Part shown: one piece after another, positions 27,801 to 41,819 of the stretch
Position numbering within the stretch: position 1 is the first letter of the stretch
Layout of the letters: every line of letters begins with the position of its first letter
Assembly (NCBI GenBank): GCA_964057225.1
Contig: OZ059900.1
Location: forward strand, 5,642,001-5,706,000
Reading direction: 5' to 3'
DNA length: 64,000 nt
Origin: Auanema rhodensis
Lineage: Eukaryota > Animalia > Nematoda
Notes under the pieces: model-generated
The model's database searches: none
What the model was told of the DNA's origin: nothing
What the model saw: the letters and a program-made list of their open reading frames with translations, nothing else
Translations under genes and position numbers: made by a program

Positions 27801-30800
27801 AGCCTATTTATACATTATTATCGGAAAACGTAACGTTTGTTTCCTTTTCAGCCTTTAGTAGAAAATGCCTACGGGTCCCCATTAGACTTGCAATCTGCTG
27901 ACATCAAGGATATTGGAGGACAATTGTCAGATGACATGTACTTACGGAAACGATTTCGTGGAGAACCTATACGTTTTGGCAAAAGATCTCCACGCGTTCC
28001 AATCAGGTAAAGACATTGAAAAATATCTTGCAGCCAGATAATATTTCCTCAGGAAATTGAGAGATAAATGGTTATTTGACTCTTTCAGATTTGGAAAACG
28101 ACTATTTGAGCCCACGGATGATTATGAACGATAACTACAACTTTTTGCTCTAAAGTAAAGAAGAAACTAATAATATGTGAATAATTAAATAAACAAGCTG
28201 TTTTTCAGTTAAACATGAAAAATCTCAATTTAGTTTTCACACAATGCGAACTTCATTATGATAATATGGTAGAAAACTACATTGGCAATTCCATTGAATA
28301 AGACACTCAGTCTCACTTCTCTTCTTTTTACCAGCCACTTCATTGGCCATAATAAGATGATCAATATTTAATAGAAGCGACAAAAATGTAGAAATCATGT
28401 AACGGTTAACACCTTAACATATTCTTCTAATACATTTGTATCCCCTATTGTAAAACAGTTGTTTTTTCTTTGTATGGTGATAGTATAGCTGTTATTTGGC
28501 TTAGCAGCTGCATCATCTAACCAGTTCTGGTTCTATGAGATTCTAATAAACTGTTTTCACGTAATTTAACGTATAAAGCCTATCAAATTTATTGTGCTTA
28601 TTATCATCGGACTTAATAATAAAGCTTCTATGAATCCATATAATATATTGATATTAAGTTATAATATTTCTTTTGTTTGTTTTATTATTATAGTTTTCTT
28701 TCCCTTTTTGGTAAGTTAGTTAACCGAACCGGAGCGAAATACAACTTTTACTTCATATTAAGTCAAGCTGGTGGCTATTTTAAAGAATTTTGATATAATT
28801 ATCTCAATATACGCTTATATCGCTAAATGCGGACAATTTCTTTTTTATTGTCGAAATAAATGACTTTTATGAAAAATATTTTAATTAATGAAAAATGCTG
28901 TTTGGGTATTGCCAGCCGTTGGCCATGTTTATATACATATACTCTACGCAAGCGGATTTCAGAAGTTTTCGAAATTTTTCAAACTTCCTTCAGACTACAG
29001 CTAGTCCGTAGTTGCGTACTATGTATCTAGCATCAAAAGTAAAACATTATTTGTTGAATTTAGATGCTTATTTTCTTTTTTCGAACTTGACCTTTAATTT
29101 CATATATCTAACAAAGTTCTTGTGGCTTAAACTAGACGATATAACATTATTGCGAAAAGTATGTGACAGCGTGCTCAAAGGCGGAACTTTGATTTTGATG
29201 AATATTAAAAACTACTGAATAGTATAATTGCTCTGAGATTTATATCTTTTTGCTCTACTCCCACTTTAATAACAAAAGTCTCTAGCTGTGAATTCTTAAC
29301 TCTGCCTCCTAATTTCTTCATCTTTTCAAACATATGAAATCAAAGGGATAAAAGAAAAAGCCAAACTTTTCAAACAACCTAAAGCGTGCCAGACTTTCAT
29401 AAAATTCTTTTAACATCCGGTTCATTCTTTTGCTTAAATTTGTTAGAATAAGGTGAATCAAAAATCAGTTCTAGAAGCAGAGCAAATCATTCAATTCATC
29501 ATTTGCAGACTGAACTGAAGGCCGAGTTCTACTTCGAGAATTTGCTGCGGTGCTTTTTCACTATGTCTTTTCTTCGTTTAGCTAAATGTTTGCTCGAAAT
29601 TATTTTTATTACTCTCTTTACAGTCATACAAATAATTATTATTCTGATTACAAGATATTATGCTTCAGTAATTCTATTTATCTCTGCTCTTCACATTACC
29701 TAGATAACAAGTTGAGCATTACAAATAAAAATATCTCTTCTATATCATCTTAGTAATAATTATCCTTTAAAAATTTTGGTTTTTAAAATTCTGCTCGTCT
29801 CATCGTTGTCTACGCCTTTTTCTTATTTCTACTCGCACGAGTTAAGCCATTTGAAGTTTTAATAAAACTGCCGACTAGAATAATCCAAATCATATTATAC
29901 ATTTTTAATTTCTTCCGCCGAAATCTGGCCAAGAATTAGTTTTGTTTAAAATACACAAAAGGGACGAATGAAGTAGACATATTCTCAATCTATGAATTTA
30001 TCAGTCTCTCTTATTTCTTTCTCTTGAAAAATATTTCTATAATAAAAAAAATGTATGAAAAAATTTTGAAGCTTATCCATTCAGTTTTTTTCGTCATGTT
30101 ACCAGAGTAATCTGATAATTATGCTCAATATAGTTTTGAAAAGGTTGCAAATTCATAAATCTGCCGCCAGATTTTAGCTATATACATCTTTCAACATGCG
30201 ATACAACTAACTGTTTTGATGTGGATTCAAACGATCACTTTTCTTGGTCGAATTAAAGTCTTATTTAGCCGTTGTGCGGGTATTAAACTCATTCAAGCTC
30301 ATATATTTAGTTAGGTAACATTGCTTGCTCAATTTTACGTTAGTTCGCTTGCTTACTTTACAAAGCTTCAGACTAAAATTTATTCGCTGATCAAAGTATG
30401 ACCACCCAACTTGCTCGACTCTTTTTTGCATTTATTTTTGTACATCTTTCTCTTTCTATCAAATAATTTCTAGAAATCGAAAAAATGCAGTTCCAATCGT
30501 CTCTTGTCTGTGTTGTGCTGATCGTTTTAGCTGTTGCTTCTGCAGATGGTAAGTTTTTCAACCCATGCACACAACTTGAAAAGAAAATATGTAAAACAAA
30601 CAGATTGTTTTCATTTTGATTTCCTACTCAATCCTTGAAAAAAATCGTGAATGTTTCAAATTCATCTGATTATTAAACTTATAGAATTTTATAATATCAA
30701 ACGTACACCCTTGGGCACTATGCGTTTTGGAAAACGTGCATCCGCACTAGAAGACTATCTACTATCTGAGCAACTATATGGGGAAGAACAAAAACGAGCC

Positions 30801-33800
30801 GGCGAAGAGACGGCTGAACGTTCCATCCGAGCTCCACTTGGTACTATGCGCTTTGGAAAACGTAAGTTATAAATAGTTGCTATGTGCTGAAGGAAAGTAT
30901 AACAAAACGAGTTCAAAACTAATTTTAGCTTTCAAACAATATATTTCAGGTGCGCAGCTTGCACCATTCAATTATGCACGACCATCAGACTTGGCCTCTG
31001 AATACATGATGAACAACGGACATTAGATAAACTAAGTCATCAAGTATCACCACTTCTACTTATAAAAAAAGATTTCTCAGAATAATAAATATTCGAAATT
31101 TACATTGCGCAACATGTTTATCAGTATTTATACGATTAGTTGAATAACATCTATTTCTGTCAACATGTATGAAATAAAGTCTGTTGCTTGTTAATCTATA
31201 CGGTTTGATATTTTTGCCGAAATTAATATTCATGTACATGAATAGAGTACATAAAAAAAGATTATAAATCAACATTTATTGCACAAATTGTTATGAGTTC
31301 AATCCTAGATCAAATAAATTATTTCTTAGTTTAAAAATAAGCTAATTTATATGACTAGAAAGGTGGAACATTGATGTATATCAAGCTTTCCATCTGACAT
31401 CATTCTCGTTTATTATAGAAGTATGCATATAGATATGTATTTATATATATATATATGTGTGTGTATATATACTATATATATATTTCTATTTAATATTTCT
31501 CTTATTTGCTTATTCCGAATTACTCAAGTCAAGCGAACACAGAATAGCTAAAATTTTCTGATTTGAGAAAATTTTCATATTTTCTCGAGACCCACGATGT
31601 AGAAAGTTTAAAATCAACCATGTGCAAAAAATTTTGCGGCTTACATTCAAGCTCGATTACAACGTCAACAGCTTTTTTTTAACTTTTTCAATGAGCATCC
31701 GGAAATTTGAATTCACATTTGAATAACAACTTATCTTGGAAACATAAAGCAAGATTTTGATATTTGAAGTGTGGAAAACAGAATATCGTTAACCAAATAA
31801 AGTTACTAAAATTCAAAGCATACTCTTGAATTTTTTTCAAGTACTTCCTAAGCTGAAGGCAAATCATCGAATATCTCAGCAATTGTTTTTCACATATGCC
31901 GTAAATTCAACTTTCCACAGAAATATCAATAACATAACTATACCAAAAATTAAAAATTGTTGAGAACATTTCCTTTCTTTCAACTAATCTTTATCGGAAA
32001 AAATTCTAAGCAAAATATTTCTTTGTTAATTTATGACACCGTTGTTCGAATTCAAATCCGAAGATATACGACTCATTTTTTGAAAAGTTATAAATTCACT
32101 AATTCTATTATAATTCATAACAAAGCTGAAAAAAATTTTTACATAAAAATTTAGAGTTTTCAACCTCCATATTCTTTCATTATATATTCTCAATTAGTGA
32201 TTGAACATGTAATGCTGAATTTATTAAGAGCAAAACATACATTCTACCATAAAAGAAGCTATCAAAGTGCACAGAATAAAATTAATTCAAGAACAACCAG
32301 ACACAAAATTCAGATTTGTCATTGTGACCTATTGCAAGTTGATGACATATTCATTTTAAATATGTTATACTTCTTCAACTTTATTAGACTTATTGCAGTT
32401 TTATGTCAAAGAATTCGCAATAATGCTAAACAAGAATAATGCGTTAATGCTAGATGAAGTACTTATCAATATATTAAAACAATGCAACTTAATTCTACAA
32501 TAAGTATTTTTAGCATGTATCATTTGTCTAATTTTTTTTCAAATGCTGCAAAAATGAAATCTCCTCTCAAAAACATGTACATTCTTGTACCGTACTCTCA
32601 AAGCAAAATGACAACCACTTCAAAATCTCATTACTATGATGATCTATTGAAGGCAATTGAGAATGATAATGATGCTGATAATTGTGTCAAAAACGACAAA
32701 CACTCTCAAGAGCAAATTGTCTCTTTTTTAATATTCTGGACAATAAACATTCTTGATAGCATTTGTATCCGGAATATTTTCAAGGTTATAGTAAAAACAT
32801 TCAGAACTGCTTCAGTGTCTAGAAGTATTCATTACATCAAACTGACATATTTTCACTGTTTTATTACACAAATATGTATCAGAGACAATTAAAAAATTGT
32901 ACACAATCACAGCTTCAATTTCGTTTTTTGAAATAGAGCATACTGGACAAAACAAAAAAAATAGCCCAAAATTTACAAGGAAATCAACCATAAAGCAGAA
33001 ATTACTCTACTTCTTCACGCTTGTTTTTTTTGAATCCCCTAATCGAAATGAGAGCAATTAATGCTTCAAGTCCTTGTCAATGTCTGGCAGTAAAAGACTA
33101 TAATCCAGATATACATCTTCCGAGACATTTATCCTTTACTAAGCACGTGTTGTTGTGAGATCTTACGAATTGAAATGAATCGTCAAGTGTTTGAAGATGA
33201 ACGACTATAAGGCTTTGCCTCCAAGACAACGCATATAAAAGAAACAAAAAAAACCGAATCTGAAATTTTTTTTGTGATTCAGTCTATAGTCTAGGCTCTT
33301 CTTCTTTTTCTAATTTCATCAATTCTTCTCTTACTAAACCCATAATATTCTATCAACCCTCTCATTTTCTATCTCTTCACTCAATAATCTTGAAATAATT
33401 TTCTTTCATTTTAGATCACTTGATGTAATTGCTTAAGCTCATCGAAACGTCATTTTCCAGCATTCTATATGCGCATAATAAATCTCAAGTCGGAGTACTA
33501 AAATGAGGGTTATGCTTGCCACATATCAACCTAACCAGGCAATCTCTAGCCCCCTTTCGCGTGTCGTTATCAAGCTGAGCCCGTTATTTCTTTCGCTCCT
33601 GTTTTTTTTCTGTATTCCACTCTCATTTCTCAATTTACTCGATCTATAACTAAACAGAATATAATACGTTATTTCTAGATTATGAAACTGTATAGTTTTA
33701 GATCTTCAACTTTTTCATACCGAAAAGCCTTCTTTTATTCAAAACTACTGTAAAGAAAAATATTTTGATGTCATCATTCGTGAAATGTTCATGGTGTCAT

Positions 33801-36800
33801 CGAAATTCTCCAGGCTTTTTTCTTTAAAAAAGGCCATAAATGTGATCATCACAAATATAAGTAAATCTCAAACAAACCACTTGATATTCTAATATACCCA
33901 CACACTTAATAGCTCTTCCTTGTCCATCTTCAAGAATTCTTCACCGAAGAATGTCCCGCCCATTTACTATAAATCATATCTTCTTCCATCCAGAGATCCA
34001 GCAACCCACCAATTTTCTATTTTTTCCCACCTCGCGAACGGTTAGCATGCATTCGCCATGTTTAACGTGTATGAACAGCATCCGTTGTTTGCATTGTTAC
34101 TGTGATTAGACTTTTAGTGTTTTACAAACTTGATACACTGTCTCTCATTGCTTAGTTCACATTAATCCTTTACTTTTCCTTTACAAAATTTTTAAAACTT
34201 CTGAAGAATTTGAAGTAGCAATCCTTAATTATTTGATTCCACCCCAGAGAATATAAACATCATTTCTTATCTCTTATTAAGCTTATTAACATATTTCTGT
34301 TTTCCTGTATTGTTTCTTTTGTTTTATGACATTGCACATATCTTTCCAAACGAACATTTATGATAAACAATTTGAAGTTTTTGTTTTTCAGAAATGAAAC
34401 TAGGTATTCTGCTTCTACTAGCAGTTTTACTTCAAGTCATTATTTTATTGCCGGGCACTAATGCAGCTCCAAATCGTATTCTTATGCGCTTTGGAAAACG
34501 TTCCACATCTGATGTTCTACTGGCAGACCCATCAGAGCTGGATGCTGAGCTGACAGCCGATGGTAATGGCGCTGAGGTCATAGATGATCAATCATTTCAA
34601 CAACATCCAGTTCGCATACGATTACCATTGGCAGTTCATAATGGGTAGGCAAAATTCTGATTTTATACAAATACGAAAAAAAGATTAATAGTCTGAATAT
34701 TCAAATCACAGAAAAATTTGATTTTTTTTTGCAGAGTAGGCCATGGATACTATCTGGCTCATTAGAATCTGGCTGCAAATACTCCCATCAGAAATTAGAT
34801 GTTTATGCATGATTCCCTGAATATTAAGATCAAAATGTCGGCAAACGTTTCTCATAAGATATACTACATATAATCGTATTAATCGCGTGTTTATGATTTT
34901 TCATCGCAGATGGTCTTGAGAAGATATTATTCTAGCTGTTAATGCACAACAATAAATTTGTTAAAAAACCCCTTTTCAAGTATGCTTCAATCACATTTCT
35001 GAATTAGCAAAATCAAAACATCAATTCAAAGAAAACACAGTTTGCTCGTTTGAAACTAAGTAGATATCTTGATTGAAATACATGGTGAAAATTAACTGAA
35101 TTACAACAACGATTGTAGAACGGGAAAATAATTATTTTTCTCATCGTTCACTGTCATTTGATGTATATTTTACAATATTCGCTTGCCGTTTCGACATATA
35201 TTTGTCCATCCAAAGAAACAAAAGAGAATATAAAGCAAAATGTTGAAAATGTTGAACACCAAATTATTTTAAGAATTGATGACAAGATGCTTTTGCAATG
35301 TTCAAGAATTGGAAAAGCAATTCCAACAAAAAAGTATATTTTCACTCTAAAAGATATGAAAAATATCTTCGAAGCAATAACTTTCCAAACTTTAATTTTT
35401 AACAAAACTATAGATTTTTGTTAGTTGCTTTCTCTATATTATATTTTCTTTCTTAATTTTTTTAAAATAATCGTATAGACCAAATGTTAATGTGTATGGT
35501 TTCAAATTTGTGAATAAAAAATGCGTACCTTGACAATAATATCATCGACAGCATGATCATTAACTCCAACTTCAGAAGATAAGTACAAGTAGTTGTCCTT
35601 TGTCAAATAATACCTAGCGGGACGCAGGCCATTTCTATCCAAAATAGCACCAATATATTGTCCATCAGAGAATGCCAAGAGAGCTATAATAGATCAACTT
35701 TATTAATTGTTTTATCAATTTTCTAAATGTCATCCGGTGCTTTTTCACATTTTTTATTCATTTTTTTCTTCCAAAATATTATTTTTAATATTTCTTGCGT
35801 ATTGTGATGGTCGGCATAAAAAACAGTGCTACTAGTAAAGCTTGATAACTTAAGAAATCTTTAAATAGTACGAATTAACTTTCGAAAACCTGATTTACTA
35901 GAATATTTCCCGACTTTAATAGTTTTTGATGTAAACGAATTATTGCACAACCACTTGGGTTTTAAAGATGTAATGTTTTTGTGCTTAGGGATCATGAATT
36001 GATGTTTTCTTCTACCCAATTTCTCTTTTTTAACCAAAAAAAGCACAAATGGCATACCTGGCCCATCCCATGGTTCCATTGTCATGGAAGCCCAGCGATA
36101 GAAGTTACGTTTATCGTTGTCCATTTCCTTAAAAAAAGTAATTTCATACAATTGTCAGGTTCTCTGAGCTACTACATTCGAACTAGAATCTTTAATTATA
36201 TTTTAAACTTACATCGTCTTTTTCCCATGCTTCCGGCACCATCGTGATAGCAGCTTCTGGTAGAGAGCGTTCTCCTACTCTTACAAGAAACTCAAGAACA
36301 TTGTCAAAACATCCGGAATCAGTTTGACCCTATAATGAAACAAGTTAGTTTGAATATATTTTTAAAGTATTATGAAACCGTACTTCTTCAACAATTGGAT
36401 ATAGTTTTCCAATGTCATCTCCAAAGTTATCACTCTTCATTATACCTTCACGTGCTCTCATGAGATTGATATTTCCACGTAGTGTGTTAATTTCACCATT
36501 ATGAGCAACCATTCTGTGAACAAACAGCTAGTTCATATTCAATGGTTAGCAAATGATACCTATTAGGCTGTGCTCTTTGCCAACTTGGAAATGTATTTGT
36601 AGAAAAACGTGAGTGAACCAATGCAAAATGAGATACAAACTCTGGATTTGTAAGATCGGCATAATAGCGGAACAGCTGTTGAGTATTGAATTGACCCTTG
36701 AATAATTATAATTAGTACATTTAGATAAACTTTACAAAAATAAAAATTGTAATTATATGATATTAACCTTGTAAACAATAGTTGTGGTACTAAGAGAGCA

Positions 36801-37593
36801 AATATAACAGTCTATACTTTGCTTAGCCATGTTTGTACCTGCCATTTTGCGCAATTTGTAAATATTGCGTTGGAATAATTTAGGATCTGATTCCACATAA
36901 TCAGCAGTAACAAAGACCTAAATTTGAGTTACATTCAGCTTAAAAGAAAACGAGGTACCTGACGAATAAGCGGTTCTGTTTTTCTCGCTTCATCTCCAAT
37001 GCAATTCCGATCTGTTACCAATTGACGCCAGCAAAGAACACGAACATTGTTGTACCTAGCCAAATCACGAAATGCTTCCTATAAAGAAAAAGATCATAAA
37101 AACAGTTTCTTAAACATCATTTTTGGATTTAAGGCTCTGAACAAATGTATTAACCTTGGCTTGTTTGTATGAATCGGGATTCAAGAACAAAATACCAGTT
37201 GCATATTCTCCCATAGGCGGTAAATCAATGTTGTCACTCCTTAAAGATGATTATCAAAAGATTTTTCACCATTTTTTATTTATATTGCTAACTCTTTTAT
37301 TTCTTTTCTATACAATACATCTGGAATTGCAGTCATTACTCCTGCACCATCCCCAGAATCATTATCACAAGCACAAGCACCACGATGTGCCATGCGCTCC
37401 AACATAGTTCGCGAGTCACATAGAGTCTAGAAACATTATTTAAGAAGCACATACGGAACTGATAAACCTTGTGAGTGCGTGCTCCTTTAATAGAACACAC
37501 AAAACCAACTCCACATGCATCACGTTCCAATTGAGGAATCCACAATGATTCCTTTGCAGCTTCTTCGAATTGGGCTTTAGTAAGCACAACCAT
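15893..37593 (-). CDS. GLT1: Glutamate synthase [NADH] (fused alpha+beta GOGAT), many exons
   Basis: N-terminal ERDACGVGF (Ntn Cys), [85 protein letters not shown] and [12 protein letters not shown]. Ends LAGPGGIV*. Confidence 0.97.
27713..28134 (+). CDS. flp-2: FMRFamide-like neuropeptide precursor FLP-2 (exons 27713-27760, 27852-28006, 28089-28134)
   Basis: Signal peptide [24 protein letters not shown], then [24 protein letters not shown]. Not present in the ORF track. Confidence 0.93.
30485..31026 (+). CDS. flp-3: FMRFamide-like neuropeptide precursor FLP-3 (exons 30485-30548, 30685-30861, 30950-31026)
   Basis: Signal peptide [20 protein letters not shown], then [13 protein letters not shown] and [12 protein letters not shown]. 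Confidence 0.93.
34394..34765 (+). CDS. flp-28: FMRFamide-like neuropeptide precursor FLP-28 (exons 34394-34644, 34735-34765)
   Basis: Signal peptide followed directly by [20 protein letters not shown] acceptor lies just upstream of the ATG. Confidence 0.92.
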
Positions 37594-40500
37594 ACTCGTC
37601 TATCAATATTCGCAAATTATTTTTTGAAAATCGAAATGAAAATTTGAAATATGGAGAAGTTTAGATACTCATCGTGTATACTAGTAACACTTCGAATAGC
37701 TAAATAAGAAAACGAGTAGTTTGAAAAGGAAACGAAAAAGAGTAATTGAATGCAATTTACATAAAATCAGTGACAAGTAAGAAACCTACAACGAGTAATA
37801 TATAGAGTCGTAGAGTTATAGACACAAAGATATAGCGAAAGCAGCAGCCTATCTCAAATTTGTTCGCATTACCGAGTGATGAGAGCAGATGTGGCAATGC
37901 ACATTCTAATTGAATGTCGTATTGATGTTTATTGGACTTGGTAAGAGTTGCACGGCTATCGATAACTACTCAGTTCATTTTATAATGCATCAACAAAAGT
38001 TTTTAGCTATCCAAACTACATTCGTAAAGATAAGAGAGAAGATGCATGAAATATAAAAAATAGATTATTAAGATTAGTATATAAGGGCATAAAGCATGAC
38101 TGCTAGATCCTCTCAGAAATATTTTTTTCGAAGTAAGTGCAAAATACAATGAGATACTAGTTACAATAAAATCGATGAGCATTTTGTGAAAAGGCGAACA
38201 GCGATATACTTTGCCAAGGGTCACGATACATTATTCTTTGAGATAAAACAGCTGACCATCAATGATTATTGATAGCAAGCCTTTGTTCGACTTATTGTGA
38301 ACGTAAAAACGTATTTTTTAACTTTGAACTTTGCTCAAGACACATATTTTAGGTCTCTATGTATCAGCAGACAATAAAAACTTAATGTAAAAAAAAATAA
38401 GAGAAGAAAGGTTTTTCATAAAAAATTAAGAATGTGATTGTTTAATTACGAGAAGATGTGATATAATTCTTTAATACATTAGCTAGTAAGAAAACTAAAT
38501 GAATATATTCAGAGTGAGAGCCCAAAAAAAAAAGAGAGAAGAGGAAAAGTTAATATGTTCCAGAACAAATAAATGATGCCATAGTTGATTTAGAGCTTGA
38601 GCCGTATAAACTTTTACTAGAAACGTATTTGATAGCATCTACAGCTTTCCAAAATTAAATCATTCTGTTTTGTTTAAGACATGGCTACATTATTAATACT
38701 AATCAATTTAGCTGTGAAATAATTCCAAATCTTAAGTCTGATGCTCTGTGATGTTTGAAAACTTATCAAAATTTCAATTCAATATTACTCTGACTACAGA
38801 GTAGAGATCATCAAGAAACAAAATATAAACTTTACCAATCACTGTAGTGTCACTGGAAGAAAAGAATGCAAGCAAGCAGATAGGTAGGAGGAGAGACGCT
38901 GATGAGAAACGAAAACAGCCGGTCTGCTAGTAAGATACTCTGCTATAGATTAGCACTTTGCAGTACACTAGTGTGTACTTTAATTGTTTTGGTCCAAAAA
39001 TGTTTAATCTGGCAACTTTTTAGCACATACCTTCCAGTTGAAAACAAAGATTTGATACGTATCAAATTTAAATTACTATGATGCAAAAAAAGGTAAAAGA
39101 AAATAAATATTAGGCAGTAACTGGAAACTGTGTGCATACCCATTAAAAAGCAAATGTAAAGAAGAATCAGTGAGAAAACAAGAAAAAATATAATCAATAC
39201 TAGTTAATAAAACAAATTTTAATCAGAAAAAAGTAAAAACGTACGGACTTTGTTGTTTATTGATAAGAAATTTATGGCTCGAGAAACACATGAAACACAA
39301 CAATATCAAAAGAATATTAAAAGAAAAACAAAACTGGAATAAGATCACCAAAAGCAATAACAATGAATCAAAGTTCAGGAAAAGACATAGAACATGTCTA
39401 TGTTATTCTTTTGAGCAATGGAAATTATAGGAACTGATAAATATCGGGATATAAAACAATGAAAAATTGAGAATTATTAACAAAATATGAAATAAGATAG
39501 ATAGGAAGTGCTTCGCAACTGAGAATTCAAAAAACAACAAAATATAAATATAGTCATCGTTTTGACTACTCGCTCCTTAGAACAATCAATGTCTTATGTT
39601 ATGATATTTATTAATACATACTATATAACAATAATAATAAAGATCAAATGTTTATCTGATCACTTACTGCTCTTGACAGAGTCAGTTCAAAGTTCAAACT
39701 ATCATTATTGAATGGTCCCACGACCTTTGTCCTAAGAATCTAGTAGGTAATCCTATTACTTAAGACCTCAATATCTGGCACTCTCTGCTTTCTCAACACT
39801 ATTTACGTTGATCTTTATTACCATCTGTGATCTATGGAGAATTCACATTTCTTCATTATCATTTTTTTACAACAACAATATATGACATATAAATATATAC
39901 ATAAAGATAATAGGTGTACGGCAAAGTTCGATAGTAAGTTATTAGATACAAATAGAAAGTTTATTGATTTAGTGTAAGAAGCTTTAGATTATAATTCAAC
40001 TTGATGAGAGAATATATTAGTTATTAAAATTTCTGATTATCCAAAGATATGTTAAAAGATTGCTTCAATTTCAAAATCAATAATGTTTTGCAAACTTGAG
40101 AAACAGCATATTTGAAAGAAAAAATAAAGAACAATATTTATAGAGAACATTTTTGATGCAGGGGATTGCCAAGAGACAAATGGAATAGCTTTTTTGCATT
40201 TTGAGTAGCTTAAGCAAGATGTATAAGCAGGAAACTGACTTAACTTGATTGATGCATTAAGAATTTCTTTTAAAGGACAAACGTTTGAAAAGCTCTTCAA
40301 ATATTTTATGAGAAAGTTTTGTTGTGTTTTGAAGAGATTCAAATTGTTTCATAAGTGTAGAAAATAACTAAGATATTTGAATGAAAATTCAAATATTCTA
40401 TACATATATACATACATATAGTATAATATAGTATATAAATGCTTGTTTTGCAAAAATATAGTTATTTCATCAAAAGAATTAGCACATAAAAGAATTATAC

Positions 40501-41710
40501 AGCTATTATGAAAAAATATCAACTTATAATATTTTCTTATATAAATATAAATTCTTCATTCCAAATGAAAACAAAAAAGTATTCTTATATTTTTTTTTTC
40601 TTTCAGATTGCAAAAATTGACTAAATTTTAGCTAACTTAGTTTTTCTGATTACCTTTTTTCTTTTTATTTGAATGTACATTGAACATAATGAAATTTAGA
40701 AGAACATTGAAAAAGAAATTGTGAAATACTCATATAAGTATTAAGAATAACAATCTTGTTAAATGAAAGTTTTAATCTATAACATTACTCCTTAACCTCT
40801 GGCACCAATTCAGAAACGTTGTGTGAAGAATTCCATTAAATCTTGAACTAATCAAAAATATAAAACAAAAAGCTCTACGAGCAAATGCGAAGCCGAGTAA
40901 TCCAAGAGGATGAATGAGTTGCGAGAATAAAAAATATTGAATCCAATATATTTTCTAGGGAATCTATTTGAAGGCCTAGAAATAGAATGAATTGTTTTAT
41001 TTCTCATATGCAAATGTTATCTAGAAAATATAATTTTTTTTTCAAAAAAAGTATATTTAGTCAATGCAGTTTCAGAAGGCTTGCTTAATATAATTGATTT
41101 AATTGACCTATTATGTAGCGAATGTACCATTAGACAATATCCTATTTGCATTATTGATTACACAAGCTTTTCTCATTTAGAACAACATCGCCATAGTTAG
41201 GAAAAAAGTTTGAAATAATCTTTTCAATGATAACATTTTGTTTTACATACTATTCAAGTGCAATTCAACAAAAACATTATTGACTGAAAACCAAATAGGC
41301 GCGGAGCGTGCCTAAAAGCTCAATATATTTTATACGAATCATGAGTTGCGATGCAAAATATTTATCATCCAGCTGCATGAAAATCAACATGTTATATCTT
41401 TTGAAACAATGAGTATATAGATATAGACTTTAAAAAATGATTCATTTTATGATATCCAAAGTCAATTTTCTTTTTTTTGTATTTGTTTTGAACACTTAAA
41501 CGGAATAAAGGTTTCAGTTTATGAAACAAAGCTTTTTTTCCCACTAAAATAAGAAGAAAATGATGAAATGTGATACAAATAATTCAGTAAAACTTGAAAA
41601 ACACTTATAAAAAAAACGTTTTAAAACTTCAAATGAAGTGTGTCAAAGTATTATACTTTGATAATAAGTTAATGAAAAGAAAGTGGGCTTTGTAACCAAA
41701 AATCGTGCAT

Positions 41711-41819
41711 TCTGCTTGCTGCTCACAGTGGCTATTTGTCCGTCAGTCCGTGCCTGCCGGCCTGCTGTTAGGCCTGGTCACCAGGCCGTGAACAGCTAAA
41801 CAGCAGACAGCGTAGCAGA
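41711..41819. other. GC-rich nested hairpin island of unknown function
   Basis: Nested stems GGCCTGG-tca-CCAGGCC, CTGCTGTTAG/CTAAACAGCAG and TCTGCTTGCTG/CAGCGTAGCAGA within AT-rich intergenic DNA. Confidence 0.45.

Noticed and set aside
31688-32892. Short ORFs between flp-3 and flp-28 as a fourth nested gene
   Set aside because: AT-rich low-complexity translations with no signal peptide plus dibasic/amidation pattern and no coherent splice model.
38899-38930. Hammerhead-like core CTGATGA-GAAAC-GAAA...GTC
   Set aside because: Stem I does not pair and stem III has an extra A. It is a single copy and likely a chance match.
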